A DNA stretch of 63,867 bases, filler included, from Bacteroidales bacterium (GCA_035389045.1; 5 parts of 5 records of this genome joined end to end with filler, not necessarily neighbours in it); one strand, 5' to 3'. Counted from the first letter of the whole stretch, positions 49,701-59,733 are shown. The notes: generated by a model not told the origin, from the letters alone. Numbers and translations are program-made.

Positions 49701-49963
49701 TTAATGCCATCCACCAATGTTATACATATTCTTTTTATTTTTCCGTCAACAAGCATCTCACAGGCGCCACATTTGCCTATGCCACATTCAAGGCTGCGTT
49801 CGCGGTTCTTCAGACTGTGGCTGTGCACGGGAAACCCCGCCTGGTGCAATGCGGCAGCAATAGTAAAACCGGACTGCCCTTCAACAGTCATACCTTCATA
49901 TTTAAACATTACTTTGGGAGTGTCTTTAACTTCCAGAATGGGATGAGTGGTGATCTTATACAT
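46730..49963 (-). CDS. Multidomain FAD/Fe-S oxidoreductase (2Fe-2S + Pyr_redox + 4Fe-4S + BFD-like + DAO); sarcosine oxidase/proline dehydrogenase-like fusion
   Basis: CGIGKCGAC, GAGPAG, GAGNIG, CNPCEFACP/CVGCMDCVYQCP, CHC..CRGKRC and GGGIGG. Confidence 0.88.
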   Translation of the reverse strand: MYKITTHPILEVKDTPKVMFKYEGMTVEGQSGFTIAAALHQAGFPVHSHSLKNRERSLECGIGKCGACEMLVDGKIKRICITLVDGIKEVREIPKDYTPENIPPQTEKPHDVYKTDVVIIGAGPAGLACREELNKHQISNIVLDNNDKIGGQFIMQTHQFFFFEKKQKFGGMRGFDIATTLAGDDHDGIMLDSTVWDILEGKRIAAKNLKTGDIFFVDAEYMVVATGAVPFMPAFENDDLPGVYTAAVVQKMMNNEFTLLGKNVLTVGAGNIGYLTSYQLMQAGAHVKAIIEALPNEGGFPVQANRVRRLGIPVILSHILIKALPNEKHDGIVGAVVAECENFNPVPGTEKTILGIDAINICTGLVPDDQLLIKGNEIFGRNCFGAGDAIRIGEGTSAVVRGKQVAFEILNEMEERFDYDEYLAISKEYIDSQQHPLRVIQKPYIPSPGRMQAKPFVLIDCLYGFACNPCEFACPHGAITKTSTSTVPQIDFDKCVGCMDCVYQCPGLAIFGYNLKKDWLFLPVEYQVDENAEVFLVNNDGEKLGEGVIEKVLKKTNKTNVVRVRSLTLHGDTLTDVRGFIVKDNYPDKIDFQKAGKTKEAEKYICHCDDVTLSEILNVIGDRQFISVDEIKHTTRLGMGACRGKRCIRRLKQLLRSYDIAVVGEATPRGPLSNQISFGEMYPKTISENVHVNNNGSKPEVVNVASFVAGGGIGGSALFRYLAEEGLKPVMANFGRGASWRNIAGGRPAFSLPEIADIAQHNLQIFKDLQKIKNIDYHRTRYVTFAHDEEMYKALVDSLSWSDAIMVDPRDFAKIISPYINPGLNKYLAAQVSENCWQATPGRVIDLIRRIGINNGGTILEDCQMVSLRKDGNTYKILVRNHEQKYVEYHTEVFINALGFGGEKFAKMLGIETGLYPVKHQAFITRRLPMMGLRGNPLDMLIDRRRYNGFVAVYGQQLAETGQIIGCASPAVDPQQADKNVKINSQDFFEIATEIFIDWIPQLSSVGFQAVWAGYYVEPRMIIDTELGLFLGLRGQGFMLGQYLAKLYVDELCGKKVPDYFSRLAMKGDGLPEKAFK

Positions 49964-50089
49964 GACGATGAGTTTATTTAGTGTTGAGAAATATTAATTT
50001 TGAAAAAAGCACGACAAAATTATATTATTCGCCTTTAACGATGCTTTTTTTAATAAATTTTATTTTTGGTAATTTCCAAAACAAGGCTT

Positions 50090-50425
50090 ATGAATGAGAA
50101 ACTCACCGGTTTCAATGCTCCCGCAGCAAAATGAATCAAAAACTTTTATCGTCTTACACAGAGCTCTCAAGCGATTTCCCAATCTCAACACCAATGCAGA
50201 ACCTGAAGGGGCATTACGTGCTTAAAAAAAATACCGGAACATACTGCCTTGATGGTAATACGATGTGACGATTGCATCAAATATCACCAAATAAAATAGC
50301 ACAAACAGAAACTTAGCCGTGAGGAACTGTATGAAATTTTGCGATCGCCAACCTTGAAGGCGGATTGTTAGTGAGACCGCATACAAGAAAGGCGTTAGCG
50401 CCTTGGAAAAATGGAAAAACAGTAA
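50090..50425 (+). pseudogene. Carboxymuconolactone decarboxylase/AhpD-family pseudogene
   Basis: Fragments RSKMNQKLL, KRFPNLNTNA..EGAL, MVIRCDDCIKYH, EELYEI and ANLEGG..PHTRKA are interrupted by stops and frameshifts. Confidence 0.75.
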
Positions 50426-50496
50426 TTCATTTCTGGTACGCCCCAGGAAACGCGCAGAAGCGACGGATTAATAGTTAAACAAACTTAAGCCAAAAT

Positions 50497-51651
50497 TTAC
50501 TGTATCACAAGTTTAGAAGAGTAATGCACATCGTCGGCATCAATTCTTATAAAATATGTTCCTGAAATCAAATTTTCAACAGAAACCTGTTGACTATTAC
50601 CTGTTGGATTTATTTGTTGCGAATAAACTACCTTCCCGACAAGATCGTATATTTTCATGTTAAAAGCTTCGTTTATTACCTGATCAAATTGAATTGTGAA
50701 ATTTCCATCGCCCGGATTTGGATAGATGTTAAAATCTGTATTACTATTTTCACTTATACCATTGGGGTCATACTGAGCAGCACCATCATAAAATACACCC
50801 GTTGGGGTTGTGAAGTTATTACTTCCGAAGTTTATCATCATCAAAGGATATTTGGCATTTTCTCTCCAAAACAAATAACGGTTTGAAGTGGTGCTCTGGC
50901 CCTGTGACACGCCAAAAGCAGTAAGTAAAACTGCTGGTGCAGGAGTCCCCGACATATAAAAGCTATCAACCTGTACCGTCATCCTTTTTACTAAAAGCAC
51001 ATCGTAAGCTAAACTCGCACCGGCGCCTGCCGGAACCCGCATTTTTCCCCAAGCGACCACTGTGTCTGACTTATAGGTATGAGTAACTTTCTGACACGGT
51101 GTTTGATTTAACCCGTACGCACTGACCGTTAATTGAAAATTCGCCACACCTCTCGTATGGGCATGCCACGAAGAGCTCATAGTTGTAGGAAAAGGCATCA
51201 AATACGAAGGACTGGTAAATGCACAGAACTGTTGTGGAAAAATACACGAATCGGAGGGATTGGCCGATATACTGCCATACTTCTGTTCATTAATTACAAA
51301 ACCCAGACAGTTGGCCCCGATGGCATTTGTCTGATAATAGCCATCTGAATAATAATATTTACCGGGGATAAATACATTAGAAAGGTTGGTATCTGCATAA
51401 GTCGCCGCCGGAAAATTTATGTCTGTGGGGGTAATATAATTCATATTATATACACCGGTTGCGGTTAGCGTTGAATAATTCCACTGCTGGTTTAGCCCAG
51501 CAACGGGTAAGTTAAATCCGGTAAGATCAGCACCAACAGCGCTAAATGCCCCGGGTGTAAAATCAGTGTTGGCTTGCGTCAAAACAATTTGCGCGTTGAG
51601 TTGCAGGCAAATCATAAAAAAGGCGCATAAAAAGAATAAAGGTTTTTTCAT
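50497..51651 (-). CDS. T9SS type A sorting domain protein
   Basis: Signal peptide; IYPNP..IYDLVGK..GTYFI..KLVIQ. Confidence 0.88.
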   Translation of the reverse strand: MKKPLFFLCAFFMICLQLNAQIVLTQANTDFTPGAFSAVGADLTGFNLPVAGLNQQWNYSTLTATGVYNMNYITPTDINFPAATYADTNLSNVFIPGKYYYSDGYYQTNAIGANCLGFVINEQKYGSISANPSDSCIFPQQFCAFTSPSYLMPFPTTMSSSWHAHTRGVANFQLTVSAYGLNQTPCQKVTHTYKSDTVVAWGKMRVPAGAGASLAYDVLLVKRMTVQVDSFYMSGTPAPAVLLTAFGVSQGQSTTSNRYLFWRENAKYPLMMINFGSNNFTTPTGVFYDGAAQYDPNGISENSNTDFNIYPNPGDGNFTIQFDQVINEAFNMKIYDLVGKVVYSQQINPTGNSQQVSVENLISGTYFIRIDADDVHYSSKLVIQ

Positions 51652-51737
51652 AATTTTTTGTTTTAAGGTTAATAAATATCGAAGTGAAAATACGCACTAT
51701 TTTTTTCAAAAGCAATTATTTTTATTGAATTAGGCAC

Positions 51738-51962
51738 TTAAGCAATAAGATTTATATTGGCTTGTGGTGAACAATTTATAATTCGTTTCATCAGATTATC
51801 GCGATTCTTCAGACTGTGGCTGTGCACGGGAAACCCTGCCTGGTGCAATGCGGCTGCAATTGTATACCCTGAATGGCCTTCTATAACCTTACCTTCGTAT
51901 GTAAATTTAACTTTGGGAGTTTCTTTTACTTCCAGTATCGGATGTGAACTTATCTTAAACAT
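51738..51962 (-). pseudogene. Truncated paralogous N-terminus of the 46730-49963 oxidoreductase
   Basis: The first 54 aa align with MYKITTHPILEV..HSHSLKNR; the rest is unrelated. Confidence 0.85.
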
Positions 51963-52415
51963 AATATCGTTTTTATTGTGTGTTGAAACTATTTTTTAAA
52001 AACACGGCAAATTTATGTTTTTCAAAAGCAGGGACAGATATTTCGGGTAAATATTTTTCTAAATTTTATTAGCCGGTAAAATGGTGGGGCTCTTCATAAT
52101 GGCCATAAAACACATATGACCCGGCGAAATTATTTTTATCCCTTGCATTTTTCTGTCTCCGGTAAGGATACGCTATTAAAACATTTCAAGATTTGCTGTT
52201 GAATATCGGAAGATATCCTAATTTTGAACCTGAATGAATTAGCTATTTTTGAATCAGTTCTTGTGAAAATAAAATCAAAGTGTTTACAACAGCCCTTGGA
52301 AGGAACAAAGTGTTTTTCATCCACATGATTTCTGCCCCGGCGGATCGTGTGGTAACGGTGTTTCTTGTTATTTATAGTATTTACCGGTTTTTTTATCAAA
52401 CAGAAAATCAACCCG

Positions 52416-52823
52416 ATGAAAATGAAAACTAAAATCCTGCTGGACTTTGTAGCTGCCATAAACGCAGCCGATGTGGACAAGATCTGTACTTTAATGGCAG
52501 ATGACCATTTGTTTATTGATGCTCATGATCATAAAATGACAGGCAGAGATCATTTGAAACATGCATGGATCGGATATTTTGCATTGTTTCCTGATTATAA
52601 AATTGAAATAAACGATATCATAGAAAAGGATGCGCTGATCTGTATCCTGGGGTATGCAAGCGGGACTTATAAGAATATAATAACGGATGACAATAGAAAT
52701 CACTGGCGGGTTCCTGCTGCCTGGACGGCAATAATTCAAGATAATCAGGTCAAACAGTGGCAGGTTTATGCAGATAATATCATTGTAATGGATATTGTAA
52801 AAAGGAATCAATCACAAAAATGA
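52416..52823 (+). CDS. SnoaL/NTF2-like protein
   Basis: FVAAINA.D...L.ADD..FID..GR....W..YF..FPDY..WQVYAD. Confidence 0.85.
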   Translation: MKMKTKILLDFVAAINAADVDKICTLMADDHLFIDAHDHKMTGRDHLKHAWIGYFALFPDYKIEINDIIEKDALICILGYASGTYKNIITDDNRNHWRVPAAWTAIIQDNQVKQWQVYADNIIVMDIVKRNQSQK

Positions 52824-53156
52824 AATCTCAGGGCATACCCAGTAAGCAAAGAACCGTCTCAAGTGGCGAGATGCTCTAGCCTGCGGCTTCGCCGGGATTC
52901 CTGACGGCTGCACGTAGTGTCCTGCTTACAGATTTCTGTTTGTTGTACTCAGGAATTTTCTTCACTAAACTATAAACATTATACTTTAAAAACCGTTTTA
53001 ACAATAAATTCCTTTATTCCCTGAAATAATAACAATGTAATAAAAATCGTTAAACAATGGTTCTTTTTATATGCTCTTATTATATGAAGAACATTTTGGG
53101 GTTTATTAAATGCTTATTTATTTATACGTTTATTGTATATTTGAACTTTTTATCGT

Positions 53157-55643
53157 ATGTCCGGTCAATTCAGAGTTTTTTTGTGTATCACACTGATAGC
53201 AACATTTGTGCAAGGTTTTGGTTTTGCCCAAAAGACTCCTGTCACCAAAATCATGGGCACCGCGATAGATGCTTCAACCAAAGACCCCATTCCTTTTGTC
53301 AATGTTTACTTTGCCGGCACCGGTGTTCAAACCACTACGGATTTTGACGGAAAATATTCCATCGAGACCAAAATTGCCAAAGACACACTTACAGCACAAT
53401 ACATGGGATATGTGACCCAAAAGAAAACCGTGGTAAAGAACAAATTTCAGTACATAGATTTTGAGCTTGCACCAACCACTTTTGAACTTGAGGAAGCGGT
53501 GATACTGCCGGGAGAAAATCCCGCTGAGGTCATTTTGAAAAAAGTAATAAAAAACAAGGAACTGAACAATAAAGAGTTTTATGATGCTTTTCAATACGAA
53601 GCATACAGCAAGATACAGATCGATGCCAATAATTATTCGGAAAAGATGACCAACAACATTCTGCTCAAACCGTTTCAATTTGTATTTGAAAATGCTGATA
53701 CATCCACTATCAACGGGAAAGTGTATCTTCCCGTGTTTTTCACTGAAACGCTATCGGATATATATTTTCGCCGGCAACCCAAAGCCAGTCGGGAGATCAT
53801 TAAAGCAAGCAAAGTATCCGGGATGGAAAGTTCGGACCTGACTCAAATAATAGGCGATCTTTATTTGAAGATTAATATTTACGATAATTACAATGTACTT
53901 TTTGACAAGAATTTTGTCAGCCCCATCGCAAATTTCGGGCTTGCCTACTATAAGTATTATCTGATCGACAGCGGATTTGTCAACAACCGGTGGTGTTATC
54001 ATATCAAATTCAAACCGCGCCGCCCCCAGGAGCTAACCTATACCGGGAACATCTGGATAAATGATACTACTTTCGGCGTAGTGAAAGTTGACATGCGGGT
54101 GGTCCGGGACGCTAATATTAACATCATCAACGAAATTGTGGTCAACCAGGAGTTTAATCTGATTGATGGCAAATACTGGATGCCAACAGTTGATAATATG
54201 ATCGCTGACCTGAACCTTACCGAAAACACAAGCAGAATCGTCGGGTTGTATGTTCATAAATCAACCTCATTCAGCAATTTTATTGTAAATAAAATACTGC
54301 CGGACAATTTTTATAATGAGCCGGTAAACATTTTGGTAAAAGACAGCGCCTTTAAACAGACCACAGAATATTGGCAGGAGCACCGCCACGACAGCCTGAC
54401 ACTCCAGGAACAAAACATATATAAAATGGTCGATACCGTGAAGACGCTGAGAGCATTTAAAATATACCGCGATATTTTATTTGCCTTATCAACCAATCAC
54501 ATCCAGATCGGTTATTTTGAACTTGGCCCGCTTTTATCCATGTACAGTTTTAATTCTGTCGAAGGGCAGCGTTTCAGGCTTGGATTCAGGACCAGCAATG
54601 ATTTCAGCAAGAAACTCATGATCACACTCTACGGAGCCTATGGCACCCAGGATGACAAGTTTAAATATGGCGGAGAAGTGTTGTACTATTTCCGTAAAAA
54701 ACCCAATACCGGTATCCGTATCAAATACAGCCAGGATGTGGAGCAATTAGGATTGAGTTCTACGGCGATATCAAACGATATGTTGCTTCGTTCGGTTACC
54801 AGCAGGAACAAAGCCGATAAACTGACCATGTCGGGTTCTTTTCAGTCGTCCATAGAGCAAGAGTGGTTTACCGGCCTGTCAAACAGTTTATATTTCAGGC
54901 ACAGGATTGTTTTTCCTGTATCCGGCGAACCGTATTTCAAGGTATACGAAAACTCAGTGCTTGTCGAAAAATCAACATTTGTCATTGCTGAAGTCCAGCT
55001 CAATACCCGTTTTGCATATAACGAAAAATTTCTCAGCGGTGAATTCCAGCGCCTGAGTCTCGGAACAAAATATCCTATAGTGGGAGTAGCATATCTTTAT
55101 GGAATAAAAAATTGCTTAAGAAGTAATTACACCTATCATAAGCTGGATGTAACGTTTTCGCACTGGTTTAATGTGGGGACACTGGGATGGTCGCAATATA
55201 TTATCAATGCAGGAAAAGTATGGGGGAGACTTCCTTATCCGCTTTTAAAGATCCATGAAGGCAATGAAACCTATATCTGGGATAAATCATCTTTTAACAC
55301 GATGAACTATTACGAATTTATCAGCGATCAGTACCTGAGCCTTTTTTACACACATCATTTTGACGGATTATTATTTAATCATATTCCGCTGCTGAAAAAA
55401 TTGCGCTGGCGCGAAGTGGTGTATTACAAAGGTTTGATTGGTAGCCTTTCGGAAACAAATAAAAACTATAGTGTTTTCCCTGCAAGCAGTTACTCTCTGA
55501 AGGGTCCTTATCAGGAAGTGGGGGTGGGCATTGAAAACATTTTTAAATTTTTCAGGGTTTATGGCGTATGGCGTCTGAACTATCTCAACCATCCGGATAT
55601 CCGTAAATTTATGGTGATGTTTACTCTTTCGTTTTATTTTTAA
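53157..55643 (+). CDS. DUF5686 + carboxypeptidase-regulatory-like outer membrane protein
   Basis: N-terminal [21 protein letters not shown]; beta-barrel-like C-terminus ending in F. Confidence 0.85.
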   Translation: MSGQFRVFLCITLIATFVQGFGFAQKTPVTKIMGTAIDASTKDPIPFVNVYFAGTGVQTTTDFDGKYSIETKIAKDTLTAQYMGYVTQKKTVVKNKFQYIDFELAPTTFELEEAVILPGENPAEVILKKVIKNKELNNKEFYDAFQYEAYSKIQIDANNYSEKMTNNILLKPFQFVFENADTSTINGKVYLPVFFTETLSDIYFRRQPKASREIIKASKVSGMESSDLTQIIGDLYLKINIYDNYNVLFDKNFVSPIANFGLAYYKYYLIDSGFVNNRWCYHIKFKPRRPQELTYTGNIWINDTTFGVVKVDMRVVRDANINIINEIVVNQEFNLIDGKYWMPTVDNMIADLNLTENTSRIVGLYVHKSTSFSNFIVNKILPDNFYNEPVNILVKDSAFKQTTEYWQEHRHDSLTLQEQNIYKMVDTVKTLRAFKIYRDILFALSTNHIQIGYFELGPLLSMYSFNSVEGQRFRLGFRTSNDFSKKLMITLYGAYGTQDDKFKYGGEVLYYFRKKPNTGIRIKYSQDVEQLGLSSTAISNDMLLRSVTSRNKADKLTMSGSFQSSIEQEWFTGLSNSLYFRHRIVFPVSGEPYFKVYENSVLVEKSTFVIAEVQLNTRFAYNEKFLSGEFQRLSLGTKYPIVGVAYLYGIKNCLRSNYTYHKLDVTFSHWFNVGTLGWSQYIINAGKVWGRLPYPLLKIHEGNETYIWDKSSFNTMNYYEFISDQYLSLFYTHHFDGLLFNHIPLLKKLRWREVVYYKGLIGSLSETNKNYSVFPASSYSLKGPYQEVGVGIENIFKFFRVYGVWRLNYLNHPDIRKFMVMFTLSFYF

Positions 55644-55674
55644 TGTATTTTTGCAGCAATACATCAAAGACTCT

Positions 55675-56400
55675 ATGCTCCTACGCACCGAAAATCTGGT
55701 AAAAAAATACCGTTCACGTACCGTTGTGCAGAATGTTTCAATTGAAGTAAATCAGGGTGAAATTGTGGGACTGCTTGGCCCAAACGGTGCCGGAAAAACA
55801 ACGTCATTTTATATGATCGTCGGTTTGATAAGGCCCAATGACGGTAAGGTTTTCCTGGACAATACCGATATTACGGGAGAGCCGATGTATAAACGCGCAC
55901 AAAAAGGTATCGGTTATCTGCCACAGGAAGCGTCGGTGTTCAGAGGACTGAGTGTCGAAGATAATATCAAGGCTGTTTTGGAATTTACCAAGCTCAGCAA
56001 AGCGGAACAAAAACAGAGGCTTGAATCGCTACTCGAAGAATTTGGCTTACAGCACGTGCGTAAAGGAAAGGGTATCACCCTTTCGGGAGGTGAACGCCGG
56101 AGAACAGAAATAGCAAGGGCGCTGGCTGTCAACCCATATTTTATTTTACTTGACGAACCCTTTGCCGGTGTTGATCCTATTGCTGTCGAAGACATCCAGA
56201 AAATTGTTGCAAAATTGAAAACAAAAAATATCGGTGTACTGATCACAGACCATAATGTTCACGAAACGCTTTCCATTACCGACAGAGCTTACCTGCTGTT
56301 TGAAGGATCTATCCTGAAAGCCGGCACTGCCGAAGACCTCGCCAGTGATGAGCAGGTCCGAAAAGTTTATCTCGGTGAAAAATTTGAATTAAGAAGATAA
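55675..56400 (+). CDS. lptB: LPS export ABC transporter ATP-binding protein
   Basis: [36 protein letters not shown] and TDHNV; TATTTTTG box at 55646. Confidence 0.96.
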   Translation: MLLRTENLVKKYRSRTVVQNVSIEVNQGEIVGLLGPNGAGKTTSFYMIVGLIRPNDGKVFLDNTDITGEPMYKRAQKGIGYLPQEASVFRGLSVEDNIKAVLEFTKLSKAEQKQRLESLLEEFGLQHVRKGKGITLSGGERRRTEIARALAVNPYFILLDEPFAGVDPIAVEDIQKIVAKLKTKNIGVLITDHNVHETLSITDRAYLLFEGSILKAGTAEDLASDEQVRKVYLGEKFELRR

Positions 56401-56901
56401 TTCTTCTCCCGATGACTTTTCTTCCACCGAAAAATATTTCCGTCTGGCCAGAAATATAACCATTATGGCGAGTTCAAACAAAGCGGAAAATATTACCGAA
56501 CCTTTTAGTGAAAGCATGAGCATTTTCTGGAATTCATATTCATCTAATCCATCCGGCACATGAAACATGCCCGGCATTTGCTCCATAACTCTCTGAAGCA
56601 TTTCCGGCGCATTTCGTAATGTAAAGAAAATACTCAGCGCCATAACAAAAAAGTATCCGGCAGCAGCCATCCATGTGTGACGATAGCGCTGGAACATGCA
56701 TACCAATAATACCGCTGGCAGCAATGTCTTGATAACAAATATCAGGTTAATGGCATAAAGACCATAAAAGGTAAATCCGAAAAAATCAAATCCCTGGTTG
56801 AATGAAGGCGCTAAGGAGGCAATGGAAAAAAATGCCCGCATCGCAAGGATGATAAAAATAATTTTAAATACTACCGGTAAGGGTTTCCAACCTTTTTTCA
56901 T
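56389..56901 (-). CDS. Hypothetical membrane protein
   Basis: Four hydrophobic segments; co-oriented with the deaminase gene. Confidence 0.7.
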   Translation of the reverse strand: MKKGWKPLPVVFKIIFIILAMRAFFSIASLAPSFNQGFDFFGFTFYGLYAINLIFVIKTLLPAVLLVCMFQRYRHTWMAAAGYFFVMALSIFFTLRNAPEMLQRVMEQMPGMFHVPDGLDEYEFQKMLMLSLKGSVIFSALFELAIMVIFLARRKYFSVEEKSSGEELSS

Positions 56902-56908
56902 AACATTA

Positions 56909-57409
56909 TTATTGATCGGTATACTTCATAACTTCATCATTCATGTATGTGAGTTCTATTCCTGCATCGCGAAACATAGCTTCGGATTCACCTCCTGCAT
57001 GATACTTCATTTCGCAGACCACTCTTATAATTCCGCAATTTATAATGAGCATTGCACAGGTTCTGCAGGGCGTCATCCGGCAATACAACGTTGCACCGTC
57101 GAGCATGATCCCCCGGCGCGCTGCCTGGCATATTGCATTCTGCTCGGCATGAACCGTGCGCATACAATGATTTGTAGTATGTCCGTCTTCGTGAGTGACT
57201 TTTTTGAACAGATGACCAACTTCGTCGCAATGCGGCAGCCCTTTGGGGGAACCGACATATCCTGTAACAAGAATTTGTTTATCTCTGACAATTACGCAGC
57301 CGCTTCTTCCCCTGTCACAGGTAGCGCGTTGTGCCACGGTATCGGCCACTTTCATAAAATACTCGTCCCAGCTCGGCCGGATATTTGATTTTTTATTTAT
57401 GTCTGACAT
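56909..57409 (-). CDS. dCMP deaminase (ComEB-like)
   Basis: RPSWDEYFM, HAEQNA and PCRTC zinc-binding motifs. Confidence 0.92.
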   Translation of the reverse strand: MSDINKKSNIRPSWDEYFMKVADTVAQRATCDRGRSGCVIVRDKQILVTGYVGSPKGLPHCDEVGHLFKKVTHEDGHTTNHCMRTVHAEQNAICQAARRGIMLDGATLYCRMTPCRTCAMLIINCGIIRVVCEMKYHAGGESEAMFRDAGIELTYMNDEVMKYTDQ

Positions 57410-57965
57410 GTTGTTCGATTTTTTTTAAGACCATGGCTACGTTTTTACAAAGGACAGCAATGTCGGCATTATTTTCAAAAAAATAATCCGCCATTTCTAT
57501 ACATTTTTTAAGGTTTTGTTTGTTGGGATCGTCAGAATTCATCTCCCGTTTTTCGTTTTCAAGAAAAGTTTCATACGAAATCATATCCGTTTCCGAAGCA
57601 CGTTGTTTAATGCGCAGGTAACGGATTTCGGGAAACGCATCGACAGCGAATAGAAAAAATTCTCCCTTCTGTTTCAACATTTCGGCTTCGCCCGGAGTAC
57701 GTATACTCTCGATGATGCAGTTCTTTCCGCTGACGGCTGCCTGCAAATAAAGCTGTTCGACGATATATGCCGGTGAGTGCCGTGCGCGAAGGTCATTGGC
57801 AACACTGACCATGCTGTCGCGATTCAATTCAAAGCCGCGGGCAACAATCTCTTTACTGAGGTATTCTCTAACAGAAAAATGAACAAACTGTTTTTTATTC
57901 ACTAAATAATCAACGATCGTACCTTTTCCGGCGCCTAAGGTTCCTGTAATTCCAATTATGATCAT
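57393..57965 (-). CDS. P-loop nucleotide-kinase-like (AAA_17/dephospho-CoA-kinase-like) protein
   Basis: IIGITGTLGAGKGT Walker A; IESIR..E; overlaps the deaminase gene. Confidence 0.85.
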   Translation of the reverse strand: MIIIGITGTLGAGKGTIVDYLVNKKQFVHFSVREYLSKEIVARGFELNRDSMVSVANDLRARHSPAYIVEQLYLQAAVSGKNCIIESIRTPGEAEMLKQKGEFFLFAVDAFPEIRYLRIKQRASETDMISYETFLENEKREMNSDDPNKQNLKKCIEMADYFFENNADIAVLCKNVAMVLKKIEQHVRHK

Positions 57966-58014
57966 AAAACAAAAATAATAAAAGAAACCAGAACAGAAGT
58001 GCTATTTTTTTTAT

Positions 58015-58043
58015 AAAAAAAGCGCCTGCTATTGAGCAGGCGC
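58015..58043 (-). terminator. Intrinsic terminator of the histone-like gene
   Basis: GCGCCTGCT-attg-AGCAGGCGC with an A-run on the + strand. Confidence 0.85.
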
Positions 58044-58067
58044 CGTAATCTTAAAGCCAAAAGTTTC

Positions 58068-58382
58068 TTACTTAGTAACTTTTTTAGTTGCAGGCTTTTT
58101 AACAGCAGCTTTCTTAGCAGGAGCAGCTTTCTTAGCAGGAGCAGCTTTCTTAGCAGGAGCAGCTTTCTTAGCAGGAGCGGCTTTCTTTACCGGAGCAGCT
58201 TTCTTTACCGGAGCAGCTTTCTTTACCGGAGCAGCTTTCTTTACCGGAGCAGCTTTCTTAGCGGGAGCAGCTTTCTTAGCGGGAGCGGCTTTCTTAGCAG
58301 GAGCAGCTTTCTTTACTGGAGCTTTTTTTGCCGGGGCTTTTTTTTCCGGAGTAGCTTTTGTTACTTTTTTTGTTGTTGCCAT
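58068..58382 (-). CDS. Histone H1-like Lys/Ala/Pro-rich protein
   Basis: Tandem KKAAP(A/V) hexapeptides encoded by 18-bp repeats; has its own terminator. Confidence 0.8.
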   Translation of the reverse strand: MATTKKVTKATPEKKAPAKKAPVKKAAPAKKAAPAKKAAPAKKAAPVKKAAPVKKAAPVKKAAPVKKAAPAKKAAPAKKAAPAKKAAPAKKAAVKKPATKKVTK

Positions 58383-58476
58383 TTTGATTTGGTTTTAAAA
58401 TTATTTTTTGTAAAATTAATATCATTCATTCATTTCTTTTTTTTATATCAATAAAAAAATAAACATATTTATTAAC

Positions 58477-58576
58477 NNNNNNNNNNNNNNNNNNNNNNNN
58501 NNNNNNNNNNNNNNNNNNNNTTAATTAATTAANNNNNNNNNNNNNNNNNNNNNNNNNNNNNNNNNNNNNNNNNNNN
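58477..58576. other. Assembly gap/contig linker
   Basis: N run with TTAATTAATTAA. Confidence 0.99.
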
Positions 58577-58577
58577 C

Positions 58578-58847
58578 GACCGCCGCGCCAAATCCAGTGC
58601 AGCGTATATCGTAAGCCAGGGTATTGATCCCGGCCGTATCACAGGTAAAGGTTATGGTGAATACCAGATGCTCGTAAACTGCCCGTGCGAAGGCGCGCAA
58701 AAATCAAACTGTACCGAAGAAGAACACCAACTAAACCGGCGCACTGAGTTTAAGGTAACCGGCTTTGTAAAAGGTGTCGGAAATGTAGACATGAAAAGTG
58801 AAAAAGGGACCAACATAAGGACGGATCCCAAACCCGCAAACAAATAA
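58578..58847 (+). CDS. 3' end of an OmpA-family gene (partial, not in ORF track)
   Basis: DRRAKSSAAYIVSQGIDPGRITGKGYGE..CPCEG..CTEEEHQLNRRTEFKV. Confidence 0.88.
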   Translation, partial: DRRAKSSAAYIVSQGIDPGRITGKGYGEYQMLVNCPCEGAQKSNCTEEEHQLNRRTEFKVTGFVKGVGNVDMKSEKGTNIRTDPKPANK

Positions 58848-58864
58848 GAAATCAGCCCAGAAAG

Positions 58865-59076
58865 CTGAGGCTGTTTCAAAACATTCTTCTTACTGATTTT
58901 CACCGCCTTCTTTTCCCCTCCCTAAAGGGTGGAAGTCGCTGAAAATCAGTATACCCCTATCCTGTCCGCATGGCACAGGCTGGCAGGCTGCCACAGTGTG
59001 CAGCATACAGGCAAGGATCAGGAATGAGGCAATGAACGAAAATCTTCGTCTGGGGCTATCATTTATACAGCCTCAG
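58865..59076. mobile_element. MITE-like element
   Basis: Perfect 10-bp TIR CTGAGGCTGT / ACAGCCTCAG; internal CTGATTTTCA / TGAAAATCAG palindrome. Confidence 0.55.
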
Positions 59077-59107
59077 TTAATTTATGACCGGATAAAGGTC
59101 TAAACCA

Positions 59108-59491
59108 TCAATGCTGGTGGGTGCATTTAGCTCCCGATGTATGTTTTTTACAACATGCCGGCAGTTTTTCGTATGCTTCAGGATTGGCTTTAGTATCGTT
59201 GGCATCGTAGCCCAGGTTGTTGACCAGTGTTAAAACTCTTGCTTCGTCAGTCTTTTGGGCATTATAAACAACCGTCAACACTTTTGTTTCGAGGTCGAGA
59301 GAAACATTTTTTATTCCTTTTTCAAAAGCCAGCCCTTCTTCCAGGTGCGTTTTACACATTCCGCAAACAGCCGATGTGGTGATTTGAATCTCTTTCTCGT
59401 TTTTACTTATTTTCTGTGAAAAAGTCATAGTAGAAACCATCATCAACGCCATAAGCATTAATGAGGCAATAATTAATTTTTTTGTTTTCAT
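59108..59491 (-). CDS. Secreted heavy-metal-associated (HMA) domain protein
   Basis: Signal peptide; VCGMCK; YEKLPACC. Confidence 0.9.
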   Translation of the reverse strand: MKTKKLIIASLMLMALMMVSTMTFSQKISKNEKEIQITTSAVCGMCKTHLEEGLAFEKGIKNVSLDLETKVLTVVYNAQKTDEARVLTLVNNLGYDANDTKANPEAYEKLPACCKKHTSGAKCTHQH

Positions 59492-59511
59492 ATGATAAAT
59501 TATTTAATTAT

Positions 59512-59727
59512 TTATGATTTAATTAATTCAATCTCAAAACCCGCATCATCAATAATGCAAATGATATCAGTAGGATTGAGTTTTTCGGTTTCAACGGTAA
59601 GTATTTTATCCGGATGATCCAGGTCGATATCCCATTTTTCAATATCTTCAGCAGCATCGAGCATGGGTTTCACTCTTTTAAGACAGCCACTGCAATTAAT
59701 ACTTGTTTTAAAAATGTATTTTTTCAT
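59512..59727 (-). CDS. Cytoplasmic HMA (CopZ-like) protein
   Basis: FKTSINCSGC..W.IDL..PDKILTV..AGF. Confidence 0.9.
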   Translation of the reverse strand: MKKYIFKTSINCSGCLKRVKPMLDAAEDIEKWDIDLDHPDKILTVETEKLNPTDIICIIDDAGFEIELIKS

Positions 59728-59733
59728 ATAAAA

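Noticed and set aside
58032..58454. 140-aa SSFLSR-repeat ORF
   Set aside because: Antisense of the histone-like minisatellite; terminator orientation supports the minus-strand gene.
15137..58576. Recurring TTAATTAATTAA motif
   Set aside because: Always centred in 100-bp N runs, so it is an artificial all-frame-stop contig linker.
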